64,000 nucleotides of DNA from Bacteroidota bacterium (lineage in GTDB: Bacteria; Bacteroidota; Bacteroidia; Bacteroidales; UBA12481), in contig JABHCC010000189.1 of the NCBI GenBank assembly GCA_018669475.1, positions 18,383-82,382 of the forward strand, written 5' to 3'. The notes under the pieces are model-generated. The model did no database searches, was not told where the DNA came from, and saw only the letters and a program-made list of their open reading frames with translations. A program made the translations under genes and the position numbers. Below are positions 47,420 to 55,942 of this stretch, piece by piece (positions within the stretch are counted from its first letter, which is position 1; each line of letters begins with the position of its first letter).

Positions 47420-50047
47420 ATGATTGCAAATTATAAAAGAGAACTTTCCAATAATTGGCAGATTCAATCCTCTGAAAAGATAACACCAGGGGGGGGGGAG
47501 ATATCCTGTGCTGAATATTCTGCAATTAGCTGGTTCCCAACAAACGTACCTTCAACTGTTCTGGCCACCTTAGTTAAGAACAAGCAATATCAAGATCCAT
47601 ATTTCGGTACAAATATGAAAGGAATACCTCAGGAACAATTTAAGGTTCCATGGTGGTATCGAACTGAATTTGAGCTTTCAAAAACTGAGGCAAACAATAC
47701 CATTCTATTAAGCTTTGATGGTATTAACTACCGGGCTAGCATCTGGATTAATGGTAAACAACTTGCTACTTCTAAAATATATAACGGAGCCTTCCGCAGA
47801 ATTAAGCTTGACATCAGTAATAACATTGTTTCTGGCAATAATATCCTGGCCATCGAGGTAATTCCTCCTGAGCCAGGGGATTTTTCTATTGGCTTTGTAG
47901 ATTGGAATGTTGATCCGCCAGACAGGAATATGGGAATATTCAGGGGTGTGAGTTTGCATATAAATGGTGGTATTTCTATTGAGAATCCATTTGTTGATAC
48001 AAAAATCAATCGTGATAATTCAAATGATGCTGTCCTATGCCTTTCAACAGAATTAGTTAATCACACCGGTGAAGCGATATCAGGCGTTCTTACAGGAGTA
48101 TTTGATAATATTCAGTTGAAGAAATCTCTTACTCTTTCTCCTGCTGAAAGGGCTACTGTTGTATTCAGGCCTGACGAGTTTCCTGAATTGAATATAAAAG
48201 ATGCTAAGTTTTGGTGGCCTTATCAGATAGGAGAACCTGACTTACATAATCTGAAGCTTTCTCTCGATATTGATAATTATACTTCAGATATCCAACAACT
48301 TAAATTTGGGATTCGTGAGGTGGAAGATTATGTTAATGAAGCCGGACACCGGGGATTCAAAATCAATGGAAAGAAAGTTCTTATAAAAGGAGCTGGATGG
48401 ACCGATGACCTGTTCCTTCAGGATACTCACGAGTCTCTTGAAGACCAGATTAGCTATGTGAAGCAGATGAATCTGAATTGCATTCGTTTGGAGGGATTCT
48501 GGGGAAAAGACCAGAAGCTGTATGACCTTTGCGATCAGGCTGGGATTTTAATGATAGTCGGATGGAGTTGTCATTGGGAGCATGAAGAGTACCTGGGAAA
48601 GCCGGTTGATCCTCTTTATGGAGGGGTTACCGAAGTTGATGAAATAGAGCTCATCTCCCGCTCATGGGAGGAACAAATACTCTGGCTTCGAAACCATCCA
48701 GCCATATTTGTCTGGAATGTGGGTAGTGACATGGTCCCTCACCCTGATCTGGAAAGAAAATACATTGAAACATTTAATAAGTATGATAATACACGTCCGT
48801 ATCTGAATTCTACGGGTGGAGTTGGAAGTGAACAGGGGATCATTACCGAGGTGGAGGTAGTGAGTGAAATCAGTGGTTCTTCACGGGTAAAAATGTTAGG
48901 ACCATACGCTTATACACCACCCGTATATTGGTATACTGATAAAAAATTGGGTGGGGCCTACGGTTTTAATACTGAAACATGTCCAGGGGCGAACATCCCT
49001 CCGCTTGACAGCATACAAAAAATGATTCCATCAGATCATCTCTGGCCCATTGATGAAACATGGGAATATCATTGTGGTAAAAATGACTTCAGTAAGCTCG
49101 ACCGGGTCAAAAAGGCGATAGCATACCGTTATGGACCGGCTAAGAATATAAAGGATTTTGCATATAAGGCACAATTGCTGAATTATGAGCTCATGCGTCC
49201 TATGTTTGAAGCTTTTCAGGTAAATAAACATATTGCTACCGGTGTTATTCAGTGGATGCTAAATTCTGCCCTGCCCAATATGTACTGGCAATTGTATGAT
49301 AGCTACCTGATGCCCAACGGCGCTTTCTACAGCACAAGAAAAGCATGCGAACCTCTTCACCTGGCATATAACTATGGTGATCATTCAATCAACATTATCA
49401 ATGATCATTTACACCCTGTAGCGGATCATCGGGCATACATCCGGATCTTTGACATTTCTTCCCATGAAGTATTCAGTGAAAGTGTTGTCGTGAATGTTCT
49501 GGAGGAGTCATCATCGGTCTTGATGAAGCTTCCTGAGAATATGGAACTTACCGATACGTGGTTTCTGGATCTGCGTTTGTTTAACCATTCTGAAAAACAA
49601 CTCGGAAATAATTTCTACTGGCTGTCACTGAAAAGAGATGAGCTGGATTACGAGGCGAAATTTGACAACTGGCCGTTCTATACACCAAGTAAATCTTATG
49701 CTGACTACACATCCTTGCACAGTTTGAAAAAAGCAAGCATCAGAGTCAAGCATCAGTTAAAAATGTGTGGAGACAGGCAGACTCTGACTGTTTGGATAGA
49801 AAACCCCACCGATCAGATTGCGTTTTTCATCTATCTGAGGATTTCGGGAAAAGAAGGCAGAAAAGCAGTTTTACCAGTTTGGTGGAATGACAATTACATA
49901 ACACTTCTTCCTCATGAGATCAGGGTTTTAACTGCATCTTTCAAATCAAGCGCCAGAGAAAATGACTTGGGATGGCTTGAGGTGAGTGGCTGGAATATTG
50001 AGCACCGTGAACAAATGATAAATACCTATGGCACAATTAGCGATTAA
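47420..50047 (+). CDS. GH2 glycoside hydrolase, exo-beta-D-glucosaminidase (CsxA)/beta-mannosidase-like, no signal peptide
   Basis: N-terminal block VPSTVLATLVKNKQYQDPYFGTNMKGIPQEQFKVPWWYRTEF closely follows the CsxA-type GH2 pattern as I recall it. LSFDGINYRASIWINGKQL is the GH2 sugar-binding domain. The N-terminus MIANYKRELSNNW has no leader. Confidence 0.8.
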   Translation: MIANYKRELSNNWQIQSSEKITPGGGEISCAEYSAISWFPTNVPSTVLATLVKNKQYQDPYFGTNMKGIPQEQFKVPWWYRTEFELSKTEANNTILLSFDGINYRASIWINGKQLATSKIYNGAFRRIKLDISNNIVSGNNILAIEVIPPEPGDFSIGFVDWNVDPPDRNMGIFRGVSLHINGGISIENPFVDTKINRDNSNDAVLCLSTELVNHTGEAISGVLTGVFDNIQLKKSLTLSPAERATVVFRPDEFPELNIKDAKFWWPYQIGEPDLHNLKLSLDIDNYTSDIQQLKFGIREVEDYVNEAGHRGFKINGKKVLIKGAGWTDDLFLQDTHESLEDQISYVKQMNLNCIRLEGFWGKDQKLYDLCDQAGILMIVGWSCHWEHEEYLGKPVDPLYGGVTEVDEIELISRSWEEQILWLRNHPAIFVWNVGSDMVPHPDLERKYIETFNKYDNTRPYLNSTGGVGSEQGIITEVEVVSEISGSSRVKMLGPYAYTPPVYWYTDKKLGGAYGFNTETCPGANIPPLDSIQKMIPSDHLWPIDETWEYHCGKNDFSKLDRVKKAIAYRYGPAKNIKDFAYKAQLLNYELMRPMFEAFQVNKHIATGVIQWMLNSALPNMYWQLYDSYLMPNGAFYSTRKACEPLHLAYNYGDHSINIINDHLHPVADHRAYIRIFDISSHEVFSESVVVNVLEESSSVLMKLPENMELTDTWFLDLRLFNHSEKQLGNNFYWLSLKRDELDYEAKFDNWPFYTPSKSYADYTSLHSLKKASIRVKHQLKMCGDRQTLTVWIENPTDQIAFFIYLRISGKEGRKAVLPVWWNDNYITLLPHEIRVLTASFKSSARENDLGWLEVSGWNIEHREQMINTYGTISD
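47489..47498 (+). repeat. G10 homopolymeric tract inside codons 24-27 of the GH2 gene
   Basis: Read directly: cca ggg ggg ggg gag. The other G or C runs I noticed in the window are 6 nt long. Confidence 0.9.
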
Positions 50048-51311
50048 CGGAGGATCTTCCGTGAGAGATACAAAAGTAAATCCCTGGCCGTCGTGGCCTG
50101 TGTGGGATGAGCATGAAGAAAAAGCCCTCATTGATGTGCTGAATAGTGGGATTTGGTCTTATAACGGACCAAAAGAGCAGGAATTCAATTTAGCCTTTGC
50201 AGAATACATTGGTGCCAAATATGCGATATCCGCTGCCAATGGCACGGTTACTATTCAGCTGGCTTTGGAGGCCCTGGGTATTGGTCTTGGTGATGAAGTG
50301 ATTGTGCCGGGTTTAACATGGCAAGGCACAGCTGCAGCAGCCCTTGATGTAAATGCTATACCTGTTCTGGTTGATGTTTGCGAGGATACCTGGTGCATTG
50401 ATCCTGAGGAGGTTGAAAAGTCTATAACACCCAGAACCAAAGCAATTATTCCAGTTCACTTATATGGAAGCTTTGCCGATATGGATGCAATCATGGATAT
50501 TGCAAAAAGACATAATCTATTTGTGATAGAAGATTGTGCCCATAAAACCGGAGGTGAATGGAGTGGGAGAAAAGCCGGTAGTATAGGAGATATCGGGAGT
50601 TTCAGCTTTCAATTGTCAAAACACCTGACAGCGGGCGAAGGGGGCGCAATGACTACCAATGATCCACTTTTGGCTGAGAAGCTTGATGCTTTGAGAAACT
50701 GCGGCAGAAGACCTGAAACCGAAGAATATTCACAGGAGATTAAAGGAGCTGGATTTTATAGCGACGAAGGAAACTTTATCCAGTCAGGTAATTATCGGAT
50801 AACAGAATTTCAGGCAGCTATCCTGGTTGAAGCTTTAAAAAGATTGCCCGAACAAAACAGTATCAGAGACAAAAATGGATTATATATGAACTCACTCCTT
50901 TTTGACTTACCCGGAGTGAGCCCCATGCGTCGCGATAAAAGAGAAACCAAAGAGGCCTATTTCAATTTTGCTTTCAGATATCATCAGGATGAATTCAATA
51001 GTCTGCCTGTCGATAAATTCAGGAAGGCATTTGAAAGTGAATTGGGAATCGGGGTCGACAGCTCTTATGAACCATTGAACATCTGCTCGCTATACGCACC
51101 TTTAACAAAACCTGCACGATATAAAATCAATGATCCGGAATGGGCTAAAATTGACCCATCGGGATTTAAGTTGCCGGTATGTGAAAGAATTTTTAAAGAG
51201 GAGTCAGTTTGCCTTCCTCACAAAATTCTTCTTGGAAATCAACCGGATATGGACCTGATAGCAAAGGCGATAGAAAAGATTAGAATTAATTCGATGGAAG
51301 TGATTAAATGA
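50028..51311 (+). CDS. DegT/DnrJ/EryC1/StrS-family PLP aminotransferase (glutamine:scyllo-inosose aminotransferase-like)
   Basis: The N-terminus NGGSSVRDTKVNPWPSWPVWDEHEEKAL is typical of this subfamily. PLP-lysine context FSFQLSKHLTAGEGG. Overlaps the GH2 stop by 20 nt. Confidence 0.85.
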   Translation: MAQLAINGGSSVRDTKVNPWPSWPVWDEHEEKALIDVLNSGIWSYNGPKEQEFNLAFAEYIGAKYAISAANGTVTIQLALEALGIGLGDEVIVPGLTWQGTAAAALDVNAIPVLVDVCEDTWCIDPEEVEKSITPRTKAIIPVHLYGSFADMDAIMDIAKRHNLFVIEDCAHKTGGEWSGRKAGSIGDIGSFSFQLSKHLTAGEGGAMTTNDPLLAEKLDALRNCGRRPETEEYSQEIKGAGFYSDEGNFIQSGNYRITEFQAAILVEALKRLPEQNSIRDKNGLYMNSLLFDLPGVSPMRRDKRETKEAYFNFAFRYHQDEFNSLPVDKFRKAFESELGIGVDSSYEPLNICSLYAPLTKPARYKINDPEWAKIDPSGFKLPVCERIFKEESVCLPHKILLGNQPDMDLIAKAIEKIRINSMEVIK

Positions 51312-51318
51312 TATTCCA

Positions 51319-52323
51319 ATGAACAGATTTAGAATTGCCATTATCGGTACCGGATATATTGCTCATTATCACGCGCGTGCCCTGCAATTATTGCCTGATG
51401 TGGAGATTGCAATAGTCGTTGACAATCAGCTTGATAAGGCTAATAAATTTGCTGAAATATACAAAACCAAAGAGATCGCAACAGATGCCATGGCGCTTGT
51501 TGACAGACCTGATATCAACGCAGTTCTGATACTCACCCCCAACAAATTCCATGCTCCCTATACAATTGAGTTCTTAAGCCGGGGCAAAGATGTGTTTCTG
51601 GAAAAACCCATGGCAATGAATGCCAGTGAAGGAGATCAAATCATTGAAGTTTCAAATAGGAATGGTCAACTCGTTATGGTGGGCCATATGTGGCGGTTTG
51701 ATGCCGAAGTAGATTACATCAAAAAAGTTGTTGATTCTGGTCGCCTGGGAAAGATCGTCAAGACAAAAGGATATGGAATACATGAAAACTGGGGACCTTC
51801 TGGTTGGTTCACTCAGAAAGAGCTGGCTGGTGGAGGAGCATTAGCCGATATGGGAGTTCATGCCATTGATACTGTAAGATATATTCTTGGTGATCCCAAA
51901 CCACTTTCAGTTTATGCAGCCATTGATACCCAATATGGTAACTATGACGTGGATGATAACGGCATTGTGATAATCTCTTGGGATAATGGTGTCCACTCAA
52001 TTATAGAGAGTGGTTGGTGGCACCCCCATATGGATGGTGTTGAAGCCGCTACCCGACTGTTTGGAACCAAAGGGTATGGCAGTGTATTTCCTACTTGTTA
52101 CAAAGCCGATGAGGGGAAAACTAAGGAGGAGTATAAGCCTCAGGGACCATTAAAATCTGAGCATTGCGATCAAAGTATTTATAATCGCCAGATGGAGTAT
52201 TTTATCGAGTGTATTAGAACACGAAAACAACCTTCCCCCGGACTCAAGGAAGGGCAAACTGTATTAAATATTGTTGATGCTGCCTACCTTTCAGCTAAAA
52301 AGAACGAACTTATAAGATTATAG
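51319..52323 (+). CDS. Gfo/Idh/MocA-family NAD(P)-dependent oxidoreductase
   Basis: Rossmann motif IAIIGTGYIAHYH and EKP motif (VFLEKPMA). About 334 aa. Confidence 0.85.
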   Translation: MNRFRIAIIGTGYIAHYHARALQLLPDVEIAIVVDNQLDKANKFAEIYKTKEIATDAMALVDRPDINAVLILTPNKFHAPYTIEFLSRGKDVFLEKPMAMNASEGDQIIEVSNRNGQLVMVGHMWRFDAEVDYIKKVVDSGRLGKIVKTKGYGIHENWGPSGWFTQKELAGGGALADMGVHAIDTVRYILGDPKPLSVYAAIDTQYGNYDVDDNGIVIISWDNGVHSIIESGWWHPHMDGVEAATRLFGTKGYGSVFPTCYKADEGKTKEEYKPQGPLKSEHCDQSIYNRQMEYFIECIRTRKQPSPGLKEGQTVLNIVDAAYLSAKKNELIRL

Positions 52324-52340
52324 TTATAAAAATACAACTC

Positions 52341-53711
52341 ATGAAAAAAAAGAATCTACAATTACTGTGGTTGATATCGCTTATAATAATTCCTTTCATG
52401 CTGGGTTCCTGCACAAAAAAGCTCGAGGTTACCACGGCAGAAACTGCACTGCAAAGATATTTGGATAATGAAGATGACACATTCTCATTCAAGCTATCCG
52501 GATCTGTCAGTCGTGATGAACTTGTTGTTTATTCCCTGATCTTAACTTCACAGCAGTGGCGCGAACACACCTGGAAACACAGGCTTACGATTCTGGCTCC
52601 AAATGAAAACAATCATGATGGTGCATTATTATTTATTACCGGAGGAAAAAATAAGGATGGTGAACCTGTTAAACGTAGTGGTGATGATGATTTAATTAAG
52701 TCATTATCTTATCTGGCTGTTAAAAACAAAGCAATGATTGCCATCATTTGGCAAACACCAAACCAGCCGCTTTATGATGATTTAACCGAAGATGAATTAA
52801 TCTCTTTTACTCTTCACAATTTTCAGAATGACGGAGATTATTCCTGGCCTTTACTTTTTCCGATGGTTAAAACTGCTGTTCGCTCAATGGATGCCGTACA
52901 ACTATTCTCAGATGAAACCCTAAATCATAAGATCTCCAGTTTTGTTGTTACCGGTGCATCGAAGCGTGGATGGACAACCTGGCTAACTGGTGCACATGAC
53001 AGTCGGGTGGAAGCCATTGCACCTATGGTGATAGATGTCCTCAATATGCCGCTTAGCCTGACTTATCATCTTACTACATGGAATGATTACAGTGTGCAGA
53101 TCCAGGATTATGTAGATCTTGGAATTGCGCAAGAGATTGTTAATGAGGGTGGTAATGAATTAACAACTATGATCGATCCCTATTCGTATCGTGATAAGCT
53201 TACAATGCCTAAGCTTATAATTAATGGAACCAATGATGAATACTGGCCGGTGGATGCAATTAAACATTATTTGGATGATATCCCGGGAGAGAATTACCTT
53301 CACTATGTGCCAAATGCCGGCCATGATCTCGATGGAGGAGAGCAGGCTTTTAAGGCATTAAGTGCTTTTTTTGGAAGAACAATGTCTAAAGAAGCATATC
53401 CAATTTGTGAATGGAATGTTTCTGAGAGTGAGCAAGAGCTTTCTTTAACCGTTATGAAATCTCCTGCAGAATTCCTGGGCGCTTTGATATGGTCAGCTGA
53501 TTCAGAAGACCGTGATTTTCGTGATGAGGTTTGGAGTAGTGAAAATGTAACTATTGTAAGTCAGGATAAGGTTGAAGTTCAGGTAGATTATCCGGAATCA
53601 GGATTTCGTGCATTTTATTTAGATCTTAGATATTCCGACCCAAACGGAGGGGAGTATACAATAAGCACAAGAATGTTTGTTGTAGATGATAATAAATTGC
53701 TTGTAGACTAA
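52341..53711 (+). CDS. PhoPQ-activated pathogenicity-related (PqaA, PF10142-like) alpha/beta-hydrolase lipoprotein
   Basis: Lipobox FMLGSC. Motifs LTSQQWREHTWKHRLTILAP, ALLFITGG and GASKRGWTTWLTG, which I remember as signatures of the PhoPQ_related family. Confidence 0.6.
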   Translation: MKKKNLQLLWLISLIIIPFMLGSCTKKLEVTTAETALQRYLDNEDDTFSFKLSGSVSRDELVVYSLILTSQQWREHTWKHRLTILAPNENNHDGALLFITGGKNKDGEPVKRSGDDDLIKSLSYLAVKNKAMIAIIWQTPNQPLYDDLTEDELISFTLHNFQNDGDYSWPLLFPMVKTAVRSMDAVQLFSDETLNHKISSFVVTGASKRGWTTWLTGAHDSRVEAIAPMVIDVLNMPLSLTYHLTTWNDYSVQIQDYVDLGIAQEIVNEGGNELTTMIDPYSYRDKLTMPKLIINGTNDEYWPVDAIKHYLDDIPGENYLHYVPNAGHDLDGGEQAFKALSAFFGRTMSKEAYPICEWNVSESEQELSLTVMKSPAEFLGALIWSADSEDRDFRDEVWSSENVTIVSQDKVEVQVDYPESGFRAFYLDLRYSDPNGGEYTISTRMFVVDDNKLLVD

Positions 53712-53732
53712 GCCTATTAATAAGCACTAAAA

Positions 53733-54896
53733 ATGGAAAAGCTTAATCTGAAGAAAATATTGCCAGTATTGATGGCCTCTTTGATAATGGGTTTCGCTGA
53801 TATCGTGGGTGTGGCCACAGGGTACATCAAGAATGATTTCGGACTAACTGACGATCTCGCACAGCTAATACCTTTTATGGCTCTTATATGGTTCTTCTTT
53901 CTTGCTGTACCAACCGGAATTTTACAAGATAGATATGGTAAAAAGACCATGTTGAACATAGGCACAGCATTATTAGGATTAGGGATGCTCGTTCCTTTTA
54001 TCCATTATTCATTTGCTGTGATGCTTCCGGCAATGATTCTGATGGGTATTGGAAATACAATCGTTCAGGTATCGGCCAATCCTTTGTTAATGAATGTTGT
54101 ACCAAAAGACAAGTTCTCGAGTTTCATGAGCCTGTCGCAGTTTTTGAAGGCAATAAGTTCACTTTTAGGCCCAATAATTACAACATTCGTTGCGATACAA
54201 TTTGGAAACTGGAAACTAGTGTTTGTTGTTTATGCTGCTACATCTTTGATTGCAGTTACATGGCTGTTCTTTACAAAAATTGATGAGTCAAAGGGTAATG
54301 AAAAACCAGCAACATTTAAATCTTGTTTCTCTTTATTGAAAAATAAGTTTGTAATACTCATGGCCCTGGGGATATTTTTCCTTGTTGGGGCAGATGTTGG
54401 GATGAATACAAATATTGCAAATTATCTTCAATCCACCTTTAGTTTGTCTCTCGAACAAGCCTCACTAGGAATTAGTATTTATTTTGCGGCCTTAATGATT
54501 GGTCGTTTTATGGGAGTCATTATCCTGAACTGGTTACCTGCAAAAAAGTTCCTTGTTGGAACAACTGTCATAGCCCTGATCAGTATGCTGGTCATGATAT
54601 TTGCTCCAAACGTATTGATTGCAAGGATTGCTATTTTTATGGTAGGACTTGGATCTGGTAATCTTTTCCCATTAATTTTTGCTATTACACTCGAAAAAAT
54701 GCCGAAGCGAGCAAATGAGATTTCTGGTCTGATGATTATGGCAATTTCCGGAGGTGCTATCATTCCGCCTATCATGGGTCTTGTTAGCACTAACTTTGGA
54801 ATAACTGCCAGCTTAATGGTTTTAGCTGCTTGTTTATTATATATTCTGGTGGCAAGTCTGTATACACTAAGGAAAAGGGAAGATAATGGACTATAA
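53733..54896 (+). CDS. MFS sugar transporter (FucP/GluP-like)
   Basis: 12-TM profile, about 387 aa. The N-terminal block GFADIVGVATGYIKNDFGLTDDLAQLIPF is typical of the FucP/GluP subfamily. Confidence 0.75.
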   Translation: MEKLNLKKILPVLMASLIMGFADIVGVATGYIKNDFGLTDDLAQLIPFMALIWFFFLAVPTGILQDRYGKKTMLNIGTALLGLGMLVPFIHYSFAVMLPAMILMGIGNTIVQVSANPLLMNVVPKDKFSSFMSLSQFLKAISSLLGPIITTFVAIQFGNWKLVFVVYAATSLIAVTWLFFTKIDESKGNEKPATFKSCFSLLKNKFVILMALGIFFLVGADVGMNTNIANYLQSTFSLSLEQASLGISIYFAALMIGRFMGVIILNWLPAKKFLVGTTVIALISMLVMIFAPNVLIARIAIFMVGLGSGNLFPLIFAITLEKMPKRANEISGLMIMAISGGAIIPPIMGLVSTNFGITASLMVLAACLLYILVASLYTLRKREDNGL

Positions 54897-55917
54897 AGGG
54901 ATATACAAAATCTTTGATGCAGAGAAGATTAATACTTATCCAGTATCTGAGCGCACTAATAAATCCAAGCTTAGTGATCTGCTTAGGCTCGAAGATATTG
55001 ATGAAATGTCTTTTGATGTCTCAGAAGAAGCTGAAGTTAATCTTACTCTTCTTGCTCGTGAGATTATTGCTGCCAGAGAGAAGAATAGCCCGGTTATATT
55101 CTTTACAGGAGGCCATCTTGTGAAAAACGGACTAAGTGGGCTACTTGGAGATCTTGTCAAACGTGGTCTTTTCACTATGATCTCTGGAAATGCAGCTACT
55201 TCAATACATGACTTTGAACTGGCGTTAATTGGAGAAACAAGCGAATATGTTCCGCAGGCACTTGAAAAAGGGCAATTTGGGATGGCTTATGAATTCAACT
55301 ACATAAATGCTGCCCTTACTCTGGGCGATAAAAATTGTCTAGGCTACGGTGAAGCAGTTGGAAAAATGATTTGCGACGAGCTCTTCAGAGATGAGGTAGT
55401 TAAAACTCTGAATCCGGAACATGCATCCTTTGAATTCATGCATCCTGAAATTAGCTTACAGGCTATTTGTTATGAAAAAAAAGTTCCAATGACAATTCAT
55501 GTCGGTATTGGTACAGATGTTATTGATCAGCATACATTTTTCGACGGCAGGGCAAAAGGTGGGTGCTCAGGCCGTGACTTCCTGATTTATACTCAGGAGA
55601 TATCTGAACTTACTAAAGGAGGTGTGGTATTAAACGTGGGTAGTGCAGTTACCGGGCCTGAGGTGTTTCTTAAGGCTGCTTCAATGGCCGGAAATATTGG
55701 AAATATTCCGAATGGAATTATTACTGCCAATTTTGATCTAAGATCTTATAATCCTGATGATTTCATTAATGAAAATACTGTAGGCTATTACTATCGCGAC
55801 CAGAAGAGTATTGTAACCCGGGTTCCGCAGGCATATGGAGGACAAGGTTATTACATTGGCGGAAATCAAAAGCAGACTATTCCTCTGTTATATAAGAAAT
55901 TACTACAGCTTCTGTAG
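54886..55917 (+). CDS. Cytoplasmic protein of unknown function (weak deoxyhypusine-synthase-like / DHS-like Rossmann pattern)
   Basis: Clean 343-aa ORF overlapping the MFS stop by 11 nt. IFFTGGHLVKNGLSGLLGDLVKRGLFTMISGNAATSIHDFELAL loosely resembles the DHS block. This assignment is tentative. Confidence 0.3.
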   Translation: MDYKGIYKIFDAEKINTYPVSERTNKSKLSDLLRLEDIDEMSFDVSEEAEVNLTLLAREIIAAREKNSPVIFFTGGHLVKNGLSGLLGDLVKRGLFTMISGNAATSIHDFELALIGETSEYVPQALEKGQFGMAYEFNYINAALTLGDKNCLGYGEAVGKMICDELFRDEVVKTLNPEHASFEFMHPEISLQAICYEKKVPMTIHVGIGTDVIDQHTFFDGRAKGGCSGRDFLIYTQEISELTKGGVVLNVGSAVTGPEVFLKAASMAGNIGNIPNGIITANFDLRSYNPDDFINENTVGYYYRDQKSIVTRVPQAYGGQGYYIGGNQKQTIPLLYKKLLQLL

Positions 55918-55942
55918 CCGGATTATAATTAATTATTTACCA

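Noticed and set aside
55835-55942. N-terminal extension of the PfkB::HAD gene proposed by the ORF track (start at 55835)
   Set aside because: It would overlap the preceding gene by 83 nt and adds an implausible Cys/Tyr/Ile-rich peptide. The ATG at 55943 starts directly at the conserved kinase N-terminus (RIAVYGDFCLDAYW lies 16 aa in).
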